Part shown: in pieces, positions 39,087 to 51,027 of the stretch
Position numbering within the stretch: position 1 is the first letter of the stretch
Layout: every line of letters begins with the position of its first letter
Source of the DNA: Octopus sinensis
Lineage: Eukaryota
Assembly (NCBI RefSeq): GCF_006345805.1
Contig: NC_043009.1
Coordinates: forward strand, 15,004,001 to 15,068,000
Reading direction: 5' to 3'
DNA: 64,000 nucleotides
The notes under the pieces: model-generated
Seen by the model: only the letters and a program-made list of their open reading frames with translations
Told to the model about the DNA's origin: nothing
Databases searched by the model: none
Program-made: the position numbers and the translations under genes

Positions 39087-39560
39087 TAGAAATATTAAAA
39101 TTACTAAGTCTCTCTAAAGGACATTACGGCAGCGTTACTGGATATTAATAGTTATCGCCATACTAATATGGCAGTTTATTAGTATGGCGATAACTATTAA
39201 TATCCAGTAACGCTGCCGTAATTTCCTTTAGAGAGACTTAGTAATTTTAATATTTCTATATATTATGGATGTATTCCACTGTAACTAGGTAAATAAAATC
39301 TTGGAACAGACGGTCAGTAGCGACACCTGCGGGTCTGACTACGCTGCATTGATAAAGGGCAATAACCCTGAAACATGTCTGCAGATGTCTGACTAGAAAG
39401 GTGAAGCGACTGACCGCTCCTGTCCAAAGGTTGTAATGGACACAGGTTCGTGTGTCATATAGCTAGCTAGAGGCGATGGCCTCTTGGAGCTAATCAGTGA
39501 CAGCTTTAGTCTTATATTTATAGACTGCCATATTAGTATGGCGATAACTATTAATATCCA
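39087..39560 (+). mobile_element. Non-coding hammerhead-containing unit (retrozyme / solo pLTR-like) with terminal redundancy and a 5' inverted copy
   Basis: Near-perfect hairpin 39087-39258; 30-nt direct repeat at 39177 and 39531 (period 354); hammerhead at 39344. Confidence 0.7.
39344..39384 (+). ncRNA. Minimal type I hammerhead, U3-A8 core variant
   Basis: ctgca-TTGATAA-aggg(caataa)ccct-GAAAC-at-GTC-tgcag; all three stems perfect. Confidence 0.8.
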
Positions 39561-39816
39561 TTTTTACGTATAATTTTCTAATTTTCTCTCCCTAGTAGAT
39601 TTAATTGTAAATAATGCATAGTTCCTATATAATCCTGGAAATTCATTATTGAATTTATTCAGAATATACATTTTTACAATATCAGTAACCTGAGCAGCAG
39701 ATGTTGAGTGCTCGACAATCTAGATAGTTCATATAAATGATGGCTGGTAGGCCCGAGAGACTGGATCCCATGGATAGACCTGTTGTCTGTTTGTATATGT
39801 GGTCCTGGAAAGCGGA

Positions 39817-39851
39817 TATCTGAAGAAAGAATATTATTCCGTAATATCATA
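39817..39851 (+). ncRNA. Decayed minimal hammerhead
   Basis: tat-CTGAAGA-aagaat(att)attcc-GTAAT-ATC-ata; GAAA is mutated to GTAA. Confidence 0.4.
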
Positions 39852-39936
39852 GACTATGGATGACTAAATTACAACAGGTATATAGCCCATTGTCTATGTT
39901 ATAGTGCATTGTTGTACCTTTCAAAACATTTTATTC

Positions 39937-39970
<34 letters not shown>

Positions 39971-41160
39971 TGTATGTCTGTATGCATGTATGTATGTATT
40001 ACCTGCAGTGCATAATTTTAGCGGCTATAATATATTTACTTCCTTGTTTCTAAAACAATTCAGCTGTTATTCTTATCCTTATAAAAGTTAGGCTGCAAAA
40101 CAAAGCTCGATAATTGCTTCTGCAGAAGATGAATGAGGCTACAGCATTGATTATTGCCAATCTGATGTGAATGTTTTCCTTTGCATCTAGATGTATATGG
40201 TACGTTATATGTATGCGTTTGTTGGTATATGCGTCAGGTCAGTGCTGTTAAGTGAGCGTTCACGTATGTAATAAGTCTTCTACTGTAAAAAAAATATATA
40301 TGTGTAAACGAAACGACGGTGACTAGCATTTTAATCACATCCCCATACAATAGATATCAGAGACAGAGATGTTTTCTTGACAAAACTGCTAACTTACACT
40401 TTTATTTCGGCACTCGTCTGAATAGAAAAAATAATAGTTCTATCTTGACATCATGGCTTCGATATTTCTTCATTTCTTATTGCCGCTTTGAATATTTGTA
40501 GGTGTTCCAGATTTGTGTTTTAGCCTATAGGTTCTTTAGAAACTTTTGATAAGGCTGTAGATATGCAGAGTTGGTCATGAATTCAATCCCATATTCAATG
40601 AATAATTTCACCAAACAAAATTCTTTTCATTTATTAGATTTCATCCTCAAGCATAGGTTTATTTACAAGTTAAATGCATTATTTTACCACTTCAATCTTT
40701 TATCTCATTTGTTTTTTTTTATAACAGAAGTATCGTGCGGGATATCACATTGTGTTTTTCTCATTTTCGTAAAACTTTCGAGTAACATATCATCATTGTC
40801 CAATGTTTGTTTATCATTTTTTTTATATAAACGATATTCAACTTCATGATACACAATAACATATCTCAAACTTTTCAATAAAATGTTATGTCATGAATAT
40901 TAATAACTTAATATCATAAGAGGAAGGTACATTTGTGTCCATTTGATAAGGAAATAAAACGCGTTCTGTAACACAAATATGAGTTTACTTTATTCTACCT
41001 ACTACCATGTATTTCATTAACGTTATCTCTCATAATATTACAATGACACACACACACACACACACACACAACACAAGTATATATATATATATATAATATA
41101 TATATATATACAGGGTGAATACTTGATAAATGTAAGCACCTGTATAGGTGATAGGATATG

Positions 41161-41303
41161 TGTATCAAAAGAAAAACAGGATGCAGAGGATTTTGCGGTA
41201 CATATGTTTCGGGCTTTGATATAAGAATGATATAAGGATAAGTTGTTCAATAAAGCCCGAAACATATGTACCGCAAACTCCTTTGTGTCCTGTTTTTCTT
41301 TTG

Positions 41304-41308
<5 letters not shown>
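41161..41308. repeat. Inverted pair of hammerhead 3' halves (truncated pLTRs)
   Basis: 57-bp arms, each reading aaagccc-GAAAC-atat-GTA-ccgc outward; the right arm ends in (TA)n. Confidence 0.7.
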
Positions 41309-41389
<81 letters not shown>

Positions 41390-41519
41390 ATTGGTATCTA
41401 GAAAAAGCAAGTTGACAGGTAAGGCTATGTAAGTGCTACGGGAAGACCGTAGTTAGACTGTGTTTGATAATATTAAGAGCTAGGGGTCTAATATGGCTCT
41501 TGTGGGAGCATGTCTATGT

Positions 41520-41970
41520 TAAATAAAATGAGACAACAAAACCAAGGCTGTATGGAATTTATAGGACATTTATAAAGATAAAGGTAGTCTTACATTCAAA
41601 GCACATGGAATTAATGTTTCCACAGTATCCTTTTGTAATGACAAAATATGAACTCCAATCAGAATCTACATACTATGGACAAGAAGCATTTCAGTCCATT
41701 CTACACTGCACTTTCCTTGAATAATGGAACTGCAACTGTAATATCATACATTTATATATAATTTTATTACCTTTTATACTTCCTATATCCATTATTTTCC
41801 AAAATAACTTATATTGAACTCGACCACTTCCGTCCAGTTAACTCTCACATATCGTCTCTGATGAAGGGATATCCCTAATATGCCAGAAACAACTGTAAGA
41901 CTGCTTTTCTTTTTATAAATGACCTATACATTTCACACACCCTTGGATTTCTTGTCTCATTTCATTTAGC
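41520..41970 (+). mobile_element. Penelope-like pLTR with an inverted partial copy
   Basis: 41520-41593 is a diverged reverse complement of 41895-41967; hammerhead at 41854. Confidence 0.65.
41854..41901 (+). ncRNA. Type I hammerhead ribozyme
   Basis: gtct-CTGATGA-agggatatccctaatatgcca-GAAAC-aact-GTA-agac; stem II partly decayed. Confidence 0.65.
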
Positions 41971-42017
41971 ACACAGCCATGCGCGCGTGCGTACACACAC
42001 GCACGCACGCACACACT

Positions 42018-42104
<87 letters not shown>

Positions 42105-42254
42105 GCATTCATGTACAGGACAATTCTTTAATTTACTAGAAAGAATAACATTCCAGAAATAGAAAATATTTCTGAGGACATTATAGCATTCTAAAATCTC
42201 TATAGGACACACTCCAAACAAGTCACCGAGGTTAATAGAGTTACTATTAACTGT

Positions 42255-42655
42255 ATCATCCATACTGATAGACAGATAAATGCCAATAGACTTGATATTA
42301 TCAAATATCGTCGACGGAATGTCTGCTAAACAATAGATATGACAATACCAACTGATCGAAATATCTCAGTCAAAGAAATCGGATATACAAGAACCAAAAG
42401 ATAGATATCAGCAGACTGGAGAAACCATACACAGTTATTTTACCAGCAGTTGTAAAGAGCGCTAAATGAGGGTCTTTAAAATTCATTGATAAAATATCTT
42501 TAAAATCAAATACACCCGGTATCCAAGAGATTGCTCTAACATCAACAGCCCATCTATTGAGGAAACTTTTATCTTTATAATGCAGTTTGTAGCTTGAGGT
42601 CTCAGGTAGAGATCTGACTAGTAACTAAATCGCGCCGAAATCAAGCGAAAATATT
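42255..42655 (+). mobile_element. Old R4/Dong-type LINE 3' end
   Basis: TDRQINANRLDII, DMTIPTDRNISVKE and IQEIALTSTAHLLRKLL*, then (AAT)n. Confidence 0.75.
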
Positions 42656-42684
42656 AAAATAATAATAGTAATAATAATAATAAC

Positions 42685-42717
<33 letters not shown>

Positions 42718-42718
<1 letters not shown>

Positions 42719-43273
42719 TGCCCTGATGCAGTACCAGGCAGTGGCTCTCATGGCTTCTGATCTTAACTGATTGGAAGTGTTATCATGTACATTGTTTTGT
42801 CTTGGTATAAAAGATGGGCTACAGCAAATATTCTGCTCAATACCACAGATTTGCTTGTCAGTTGTTTGACCTTAACCAGTTGAGCATGTCCCTTAGTGGC
42901 TGACGATATGTGCATCTCTGATCACGAGCAGAAGTAGTGGGGGAGCATCATAGCCATGTGTTGAGAGGGATTCTTTGGGGTTTGAATAGTTCACCTCTGG
43001 AAACATGGGTGGTTCTTTCAACATCCTTAAACAACCCTTATTCAGGGACCGTTTGAGCGGGATGGGCTACTCAACCTGAAGAAAATTCTAACTGGGCCCC
43101 ACTTGCAAGGTCATGTGCTGTTTATCTTGATATAAGATCACCATGTCGCGCACATATGGTTGTGATGCATGTGCCTGGTGTACCTTTATCAGCCGGGTAG
43201 TCATGATGGGTATATTGGGCTTCGTATATTTTACCCCAGTGTCACTTTGATGGCATGAACTGCTCTCTCACTC

Positions 43274-43274
<1 letters not shown>
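42718..43274 (+). mobile_element. About 556-bp non-coding (AAT)n-tailed retroposon, copy 1
   Basis: Nearly identical to 44110-44664; flanked on both sides by (AAT)n. Confidence 0.85.
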
Positions 43275-43330
<56 letters not shown>

Positions 43331-43331
<1 letters not shown>

Positions 43332-43583
43332 TGGCAGAAATTCAAAAGATAGTGCTCATGGGAACTGCTCATATCCTACGCAAAATACTTTCTATGTAAT
43401 CTCAAGTTTTAAAACAAACATAATTTTCGGGGTTTTTTTAGACATTCACTAGTACAACACCAAAAAAATATATATGGCACACTAGGCATAACAACAACAT
43501 GGACTTCCAACCTGTTATCTCTTGAGGTCTCTGGGTGAGATTTGGAGCCAACTTGTACAAATATAAAGCAAAAGTCAAACATA
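43331..43583 (+). mobile_element. R4/Dong-type LINE extreme 3' end
   Basis: MAEIQKIVLMGTAHILRKILSM* plus 3' UTR, between (AAT)n tracts. Confidence 0.85.
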
Positions 43584-43663
<80 letters not shown>

Positions 43664-43665
<2 letters not shown>

Positions 43666-44031
43666 TAATTGATGTATCAATACCGGCAGATGACAACGTA
43701 TCTCTAAAAGAAATGGAGAAACTCTCAAAATACAAAGACCTGGAAATAGAGGTAACTAGAATGTGGAACCTGAAAACAGAAACAATTCCTATCATAGTAG
43801 GCGCATTAGGCATGATAAAAAAATATTCAGACAAATGCATAACAAAAACACCAGGACTTACAAACACATATAACATACAGAAAATTGCACTACTAGGCAC
43901 TACACACATCCTACGCAGAACACTTTCCATACAATAACCATCAGAGCATCACAACAAATCACCGCACATACCCAAGGCACACAGAGCTGCGCTCGGTAGT
44001 GAAGTGAAAACACGCTATAAAAATAAAACTA

Positions 44032-44035
<4 letters not shown>
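43664..44035 (+). mobile_element. R4/Dong-type LINE 3' end (REL endonuclease C-terminus, young)
   Basis: Uninterrupted LIDVSIPADDNVSLKEMEKLSKYKDLEIEVTRMW..TIPIIVGALG..IQKIALLGTTHILRRTL; between (AAT)n tracts. Confidence 0.9.
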
Positions 44036-44104
<69 letters not shown>

Positions 44105-44109
44105 TAATA

Positions 44110-44664
44110 ATGCCCTGATGCAGTACCAGGCAGTGGCTCTCATGGCTTCTGATCTTAACTGATTGGAAGTGTTATCATGTACATTGTTTTGTCTTGGTAT
44201 AAAAGATGGGCTACAGCAAATATTCTGCTCAATACCACAGATTTGCTTGTCAGTTGTTTGACCTTAACCAGTTGAGCATGTCCCTTAGTGGCTGACGATA
44301 TGTGCATCTCTGATCACGAGCAGAAGTAGTGGGGGAGCATCATAGCCATGTGTTGAGAGGGATTCTTTGGGGTTTGAATAGTTCACCTCTGGAAACATGG
44401 GTGGTTCTTTCAACATCCTTAAACAACCCTTATTCAGGACCGTTTGAGCGGGATGGGCTACTCAACCTGAAGAAAATTCTAACTGGGCCCCACCTGCAAG
44501 GTCATGTGCTGTTTATCTTGATATAAGATCACCATGTCGCGCACATATGGTTGCGATGCATGTGCCTGGTGTACCTTTATCAGACGGGTAGTCATGATGG
44601 GTATATTGGGCTTCGTATATTTTACCCCAGTGTCACTTTGATGGCATGAACTGCTCTCTCACTC
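44110..44664 (+). mobile_element. About 556-bp non-coding (AAT)n-tailed retroposon, copy 2
   Basis: Same start (atgccctgatgcag) and end (ctctctcactc) as copy 1. Confidence 0.85.
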
Positions 44665-44702
<38 letters not shown>

Positions 44703-44720
44703 TAATAACAATAATAATAA

Positions 44721-45188
44721 ATGACTCTGATGGATTCTGATCTTATCTGATTTGTCATCATGTACATTGATTTTTCTTGGTATAAAAGATAGTCTACAGC
44801 AAATATTCTGCTCATTACCACAGATTTGCTTGTCAGTAGCTTGACCTTAACCGGTTGATCATGAGCAGAAGTAGTGTTGAGGGGGATTCTTTGAGGTTTG
44901 AATAATGCACATCTGGAAACATGGGTGTTTCGTTCAACATCCTTAAACAACCCTTACTCAGGGACCTTTTGATCGGGATCGGCTACTCGACCAGAAGGAA
45001 ATTCTAACTCGGCCTCACCTGCAAGGTCATGTGCTGTTTATCTTGATATGAGATCACCATGTCGCATACATATTGTTGTGATACATGTGCCTAGTGTACC
45101 CTTATCAGACGGGTTGTCGTGATGGCTATACTGGGCTAGTATATTTTACCCCAGTGTCACTTTGATGGCATGCACTGCTCTCTCACTC
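44721..45188 (+). mobile_element. Non-coding (AAT)n-tailed retroposon, copy 3 (diverged, internal deletions)
   Basis: Colinear with copies 1 and 2 and has the same 3' end. Confidence 0.85.
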
Positions 45189-45236
45189 AACGACAACGAT
45201 GATGATGATGATGATAATAATAATAATAATAATAAC

Positions 45237-45307
<71 letters not shown>

Positions 45308-45334
45308 CAACAACAATAATAATAACAACAACCA

Positions 45335-46455
45335 CATACTCAGCAACAAAACAGGCTAGGGAAGATGTAAGTGGATTCTTAATACTGCAAACCAAAAAGT
45401 TAGATGTACTGGAAAGAAACAAAGAAAAAGCAAAACGTATGAAACCACTTACTAAAAATACTGCCATCGATATTCTCACAGATAAATTGTAAGTAAAACT
45501 TCTCAATGTCAAATATCAAAACAGATCTTATAATGCTGATGTTCATAAACATTTACCCATCAACGATTGGCCTCTAATGTCTCAAAATCAAAGGCAGAAT
45601 GGTTTGGCGCAGGATAAATGCCTACCTACAAAAAGCTATCAGGCCAAAACCCTAAACAGCGGCGGTAACCCAACATGTCGTTTATGTAAATAACAAGCAG
45701 AAGCCATTGATCATATTGCCTCTATGTTCAGCTTTCTTTCGCCCACAGTGTATTTCAACAGGCATGATAGAGCAGCACATTGTGTTCACTGTGTAATCTG
45801 CAAGGACCTGGCCTGCCACATAAAAAAAAAACAGCTGGCAACACAAACCAAATCTAGTGCTTGAAATGATCGCATCACACGCTTTTGGAACTTTACTGTT
45901 CAAACTGACAGAAAGATAGATACATGTAGGCCAGGCATTATACTGAAGGATTTCAGACAAATATCATGCCTCCATATCGATAAATGTGTCCCCATCCACA
46001 TCAATATATCTGTGAAGCCCTACCAAAAACTGAAGAAATATAAAGATCACGTAAGCGAAAATGGTGGAACTTGAAGTATAGAACAATATCTGTTGTCATA
46101 GGCGCCGTAGGGATGATAGAAAAAGGGACTGATTGTTTCCTGTCTCAGCTACCAAGAAATATAAAAATGGAAGAAATTTTCAGAAAATAGTCTTCATGAG
46201 AACTGCTCATGTTCTAAGAAGAATATTGCCTATATAATTTCAAAAACATGTCATTTTAAGATTACACTATCATCTCATCATGAAAATACTTTTAAAACAA
46301 ACTTGTAATTTTAGGGTTTTGACAAATTCTCTCTTGAACCGAAAATAGGGTACCTAGTCATAATACTGACTTGAAATTCTAACTTCTTGTCTCTTGAGGT
46401 CTCTGGACGAGACTGGGAGTCAACTTGTTCAAATACAAAGCAAAGGCCAAACATA
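45335..46455 (+). mobile_element. Degenerate R4/Dong-type LINE 3' third
   Basis: LPTKSYQA..NPTCRLC..EAIDHIAS zinc finger, LWNFTVQTDRKIDTCRP and QKIVFMRTAHVLRRIL; 3' UTR similar to 43400-43583. Confidence 0.85.
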
Positions 46456-46469
46456 TAATAATAATTGTA

Positions 46470-46705
46470 ATCGATGGCAGAGTATCTGACATGAGAGCGG
46501 GGCAGGCACAAAAAACTGCTGTATTAGGGACAGCTAAGATTTTGAGATCGGTGCATGGGTGTTGAGTGTCTTCCAAGATAATTTAACATCCAGGTACCAA
46601 AACTAATAATTTGCGGAAAGAGACCCTGTGAGACCTTTGACAACAGATTGCTGTCCACTTATACGGAATCAACCAGAGAAAGACCGAGATTTTTCAGAAG
46701 TAAAA
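46470..46705 (+). mobile_element. Short R4/Dong-type 3' end
   Basis: QAQKTAVLGTAKILRSV plus UTR. Confidence 0.65.
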
Positions 46706-48134
46706 TAATTAGAAGAACAAAAATGTATATAATTTATGTGCAAGGCCGACAAGTTTATGGAGACAGTGTAAGTCGATAGCATTGATATCAGTACTTCACT
46801 GGTATGCTATTTCATTGAGTCTTGAAGAATGAAAAAGTTAAGTTAAGAACGACCGTATTTAATCTTAAAAAAATAATTAACCGAAACAAATCCCTAATAT
46901 TTCCCAGGCTGCAATGATACTCAAACCCAACAGTCAAAGTTTTGCACAGAATTAGTCGCTTGTATAAAAACACACGGTGTATCATTGTTGCCAAATGAAA
47001 TGAAGCAAACTTCAGAACAAAGTCAGTCTCTACATCAACACCGAATATCAGTAATCCTTACGTACAGTATAACACAAAGCATGTAACAAGATTTTCACAT
47101 AAAAGAAAATAGACGAACCAGTACAGTAACGTCAAAACAAGAAACAAGCAATCAAACAAGAGATAAACCGGTGTAGTATATAAAAATAATTGTTTCCAGT
47201 TTGATGAAAGCGTTATTTTTATGTTCACATTTTATATAAGAGTGGCTGTTGTAGATTAATATGGTACGAAACAGACTTACAACAATTTAGCTGCATTCTC
47301 ACGTGCACAAATACACACATACCTTTGTGTGCGTTTTCAATAACACGTCTGTGTGTGTGTGCGAGGGTGTGTGTTAACATAATGGAACAGATACCTAACG
47401 ATTTACAGGAATTTTCAGACATGTTGTGAACAGCAACGATTACCGAATGCAAGTAACCTCTGCCAACAATTCTTTACAGTACATAAACGAATGAGCTCTT
47501 GTCAAGAAAAGTCATGCTCTCATTTCTATACCTTTCCTTTAACAGGCTCCTTCAAAGCAAAGGAAAACGTTTTGTCCGGGACCTCACTGATATGGTTCGA
47601 TACTAACTGCATGTAAACATTATCTATTATATGGACAAGACGCCAGAGTCCCGGCATTTTAGTTACTCATATATAATGTATAACCCTAACAGACCAACTT
47701 TCCAAACACTTATATACCTGGAGAGGTTCGCTCGCTCCAATATTTCCAGTATTATTGAAGATTTGATAAACAATTGTACCAGAAATATTTTAAATTTATA
47801 TACACTTCCTCTATAGATTTATATTTCAATCGTCTTGAAACTCCTAAGTATTTATACTGGAAATAACTTTAAGAAACATGATTCATTGGTTCGCCATTCT
47901 TCTCCTCTTAACCAAAACAACTACACATGAATAGCATTACATACTGTTAATGGTATTTTGAATGGTATATTGTAAATGTGCTTTTGAACGGTTAAAATAA
48001 CACATTCGCATAAAATGACTTTTCATATTGAAGACAGCCACACATCCATAGACATATACAATAAATTAAATAGATGAATGAGAAATGATATTCGTAGTGA
48101 TTAAGTCAATTATTTCTGTTTGTATGTATGCATG

Positions 48135-48185
<51 letters not shown>

Positions 48186-50412
48186 CTGAGTGTATGTGTG
48201 TGTTTGTGTGTGTGTTTGTGTGTGTGCGTGTAAACACATATATACATCCCCAAGATATGTATACGCACGAACATGCACATAAGGGTGTGTATGTATTTTA
48301 TGGGAAGTGATTCCTTCTAAGCTGAAACAGATAAATTTGACGGAATATATTATATAGTTCCTAAATATATACAGCTTTGTAATTTAGTAATCATTAGAAA
48401 AAACACAAGCGACGGCACACACACAGACACACACACACACGCACACAAACACAGATTAATTCCTTTATACATATACATACGCATGGCAAACACCATTGAA
48501 CCACATAAATCTTCAGTATAGAATATAGAGATTAGTAGCTTTAGTGGACATAATCAGCTGCAGACGGCATTGAAATTTTATATACTGTATATAGTTGTTA
48601 TTTATTAATATTTTTGCACTGAAAAGCTTTGAACTATCGAACAGAGTTCGATATTTATTGGTAAATTGTATACATTATTGTTTTTCCTTGATACTACATG
48701 CCCCTAATGTTGCCTTACTTTTGGTCTTCCTCGTTTATTTATCATTTACTTGTGTCTGTGTTCTGCATCTCAAAACATTTTTCTGTATCTATTAGTTTAT
48801 ACGTTAACCGACTTTTATAATTTTTACGTACCCCAAATTAAATCCCCTGTTTTCTGTTTGTCGTTTCCTCCAGTATTTTATTTCTATTTTTATGTATTTA
48901 TTGTTTTTTCTTTGTTATTTTCCTTTAATATATTATTGCAGATATTGTTCTATTTGTGAGCGTTTTATCCTTTCACTTTTTGTTTTACTTCGCTTTATAT
49001 TTCACAATGTATACCGCATTTTATTCATATTTCTCTGTTTTGCATTATTCTGAATAAAAATACACAGAATTCTAAAGAGTTCAATCAATTTATTACATAG
49101 GAAAATTGATCACTTTTAGATCCTCTGATTTCAGTTAGGCAGATATGGTAATCTTTTCTAGGAGATGAAAGAAAATTCTTCAAGTAATAATGAATTATTG
49201 GAGTATATTTGTTTTATTGGGGATAACTGATTTTGTTAGATTATTTTCATATAAACATAATGATTTCTTTCAGAAAATAGAAAATATAATATATCAGGGA
49301 TACGCTGTTTCACTTAAAGTGTTGCTATATTCACCAAATAATATATAATTTACATTCTTCGTGACTAAACTTCTCTTTCACATTCTTACTCGCATCAATA
49401 CCTTTTCATAACTCGGAGGCAGATGTTTAGTTGCACGATTGTAAAATAAATTTAAGTAGTATTTTTGTACTTAGAAGTACAAAAACGTTTCTAAATTATA
49501 TTCGCAACACATATGTACATTTTTCCACCTCGACAACTTAAGGAATCCTAGCAAAAATACCGTCTCCTGTTACTTCTAAAAGTAAAAAATAGGAAATAAT
49601 TCAACTTCCTTTCTTGAGGGTGTTTTCTGTTCTAAATATTTTGTAATTTTCATTTTATTTTTTAACCATATTTCACAGAAATGCCTCTTTTTACTTAATG
49701 ATATTTAAAATAATTCTCTATAATAAATTGGTTTCTGTGAGGGAGGTTAATTATCAGACGCATCAATTAGAACGGCTAGATGAAGGATAATTACTGTCAG
49801 AAACAATCGGATATTTCTTTTCTTCAGAAGCTATTAATTTGTTTCAATACTGAAAACAAATTTCCTTGGATCTTATTATTTATTTAATTAGTGTCTACAC
49901 TTAAATTATAAAGAAATTTAGATTTCCGATATTAAAAGGTTCAATAATGATTGTTGAATGCTTGTTATTTCGTAAGTCCTACTGCCTCAATACCTACAAG
50001 TATTATAAACAATAAATATACTATATTATAACCACTATAAACAGAGAACATCATGGAGTACATTGATATTATTCGTACCATTTCATAATTTTTCACTGAG
50101 AATTTAAAGAGAGTTGACTAAGTATTGCTTTAACATCTGCGGTCTGAGAACGAAGACACAATCCTTATTCATATTTTTGCTGAAGCATACTCGTTATGCA
50201 TGTTAAACGACCTTCATTTCCCCTTCTTTAGTGGTTTCGTGTAAGTAATATCATATCCACCCAGAGATGTTACTCGATTCTGGATGCACACTTTGTAGAT
50301 ATTTTTTCGGCACACCCTTTCGTCATTCTGATGGCGCAAATCCTTTCTAAAATATGATGTAAGGCAATATGAATATGAAGAAAATAATGTTGGAAGCTGC
50401 ACGACTACTTAC

Positions 50413-50606
50413 AGACCACTAATTAACATTCAGCGAGAGAAAGCCATGCATTTCTTTTCTGTGCCATTGAAATCCAACATTTTGCAGCACGGTCTCTGAA
50501 TGTCGGTATCACGTCCCTTAGATCTTTATTGTGAACTTTTAAACGTTCACGGACGCTTGTTCCACCACAAAGGTTCGCCACCATTGTACCAAAAGGTTTA
50601 AGATTC
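50413..50606 (-). other. Candidate exon with a small ORF
   Basis: cactttgcag| acceptor, |gtaagt donor, locally higher GC; 60 open codons including MVANLCGG...LAEC* (53 aa). Confidence 0.35.
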
Positions 50607-51027
50607 CTGCAAAGTGTGAATATAAAACTACAAACGTCAATGAATGAGTAATGTTGTTGTTGAGGTAGATTTAACTAGAATACAATATACTCATGGGTGA
50701 CCCTCTTTTCATTAAAGATTCCACAGCCTCGGTATAACATCTAGTACTAGCTGACTGAGTAATAGCGTTATTTATTCGAATTGCTATTTATTATGCATTA
50801 TTGCAGCACAGAAATTTGCCAATGCAGCACCACGTCTGCTGATAGACTTGCTATCTTCGTTCAGGAGTCTCAGTCGAATCATGTAAGCTGAAACCGAAGT
50901 AAACCGAGTGTACATCACGTCCCCTTGATAATTACGAGATGGATATAATTAGAAGTTAATTTTTAGGTGGTGTCTGGCGGGTGCTTTATGCATTCACAAA
51001 TATAGATAGTTCAAAGAAAAGACATAA

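Noticed and set aside
43409-43930. 173-aa minus-strand ORF
   Set aside because: Antisense of R4/Dong 3' ends and an (AAT)n tract
42660-46470. Repeat-spacer alternation superficially like a CRISPR array
   Set aside because: The repeats are variable-length (AAT)n and the spacers are retroposon ends in eukaryotic DNA; no cas genes
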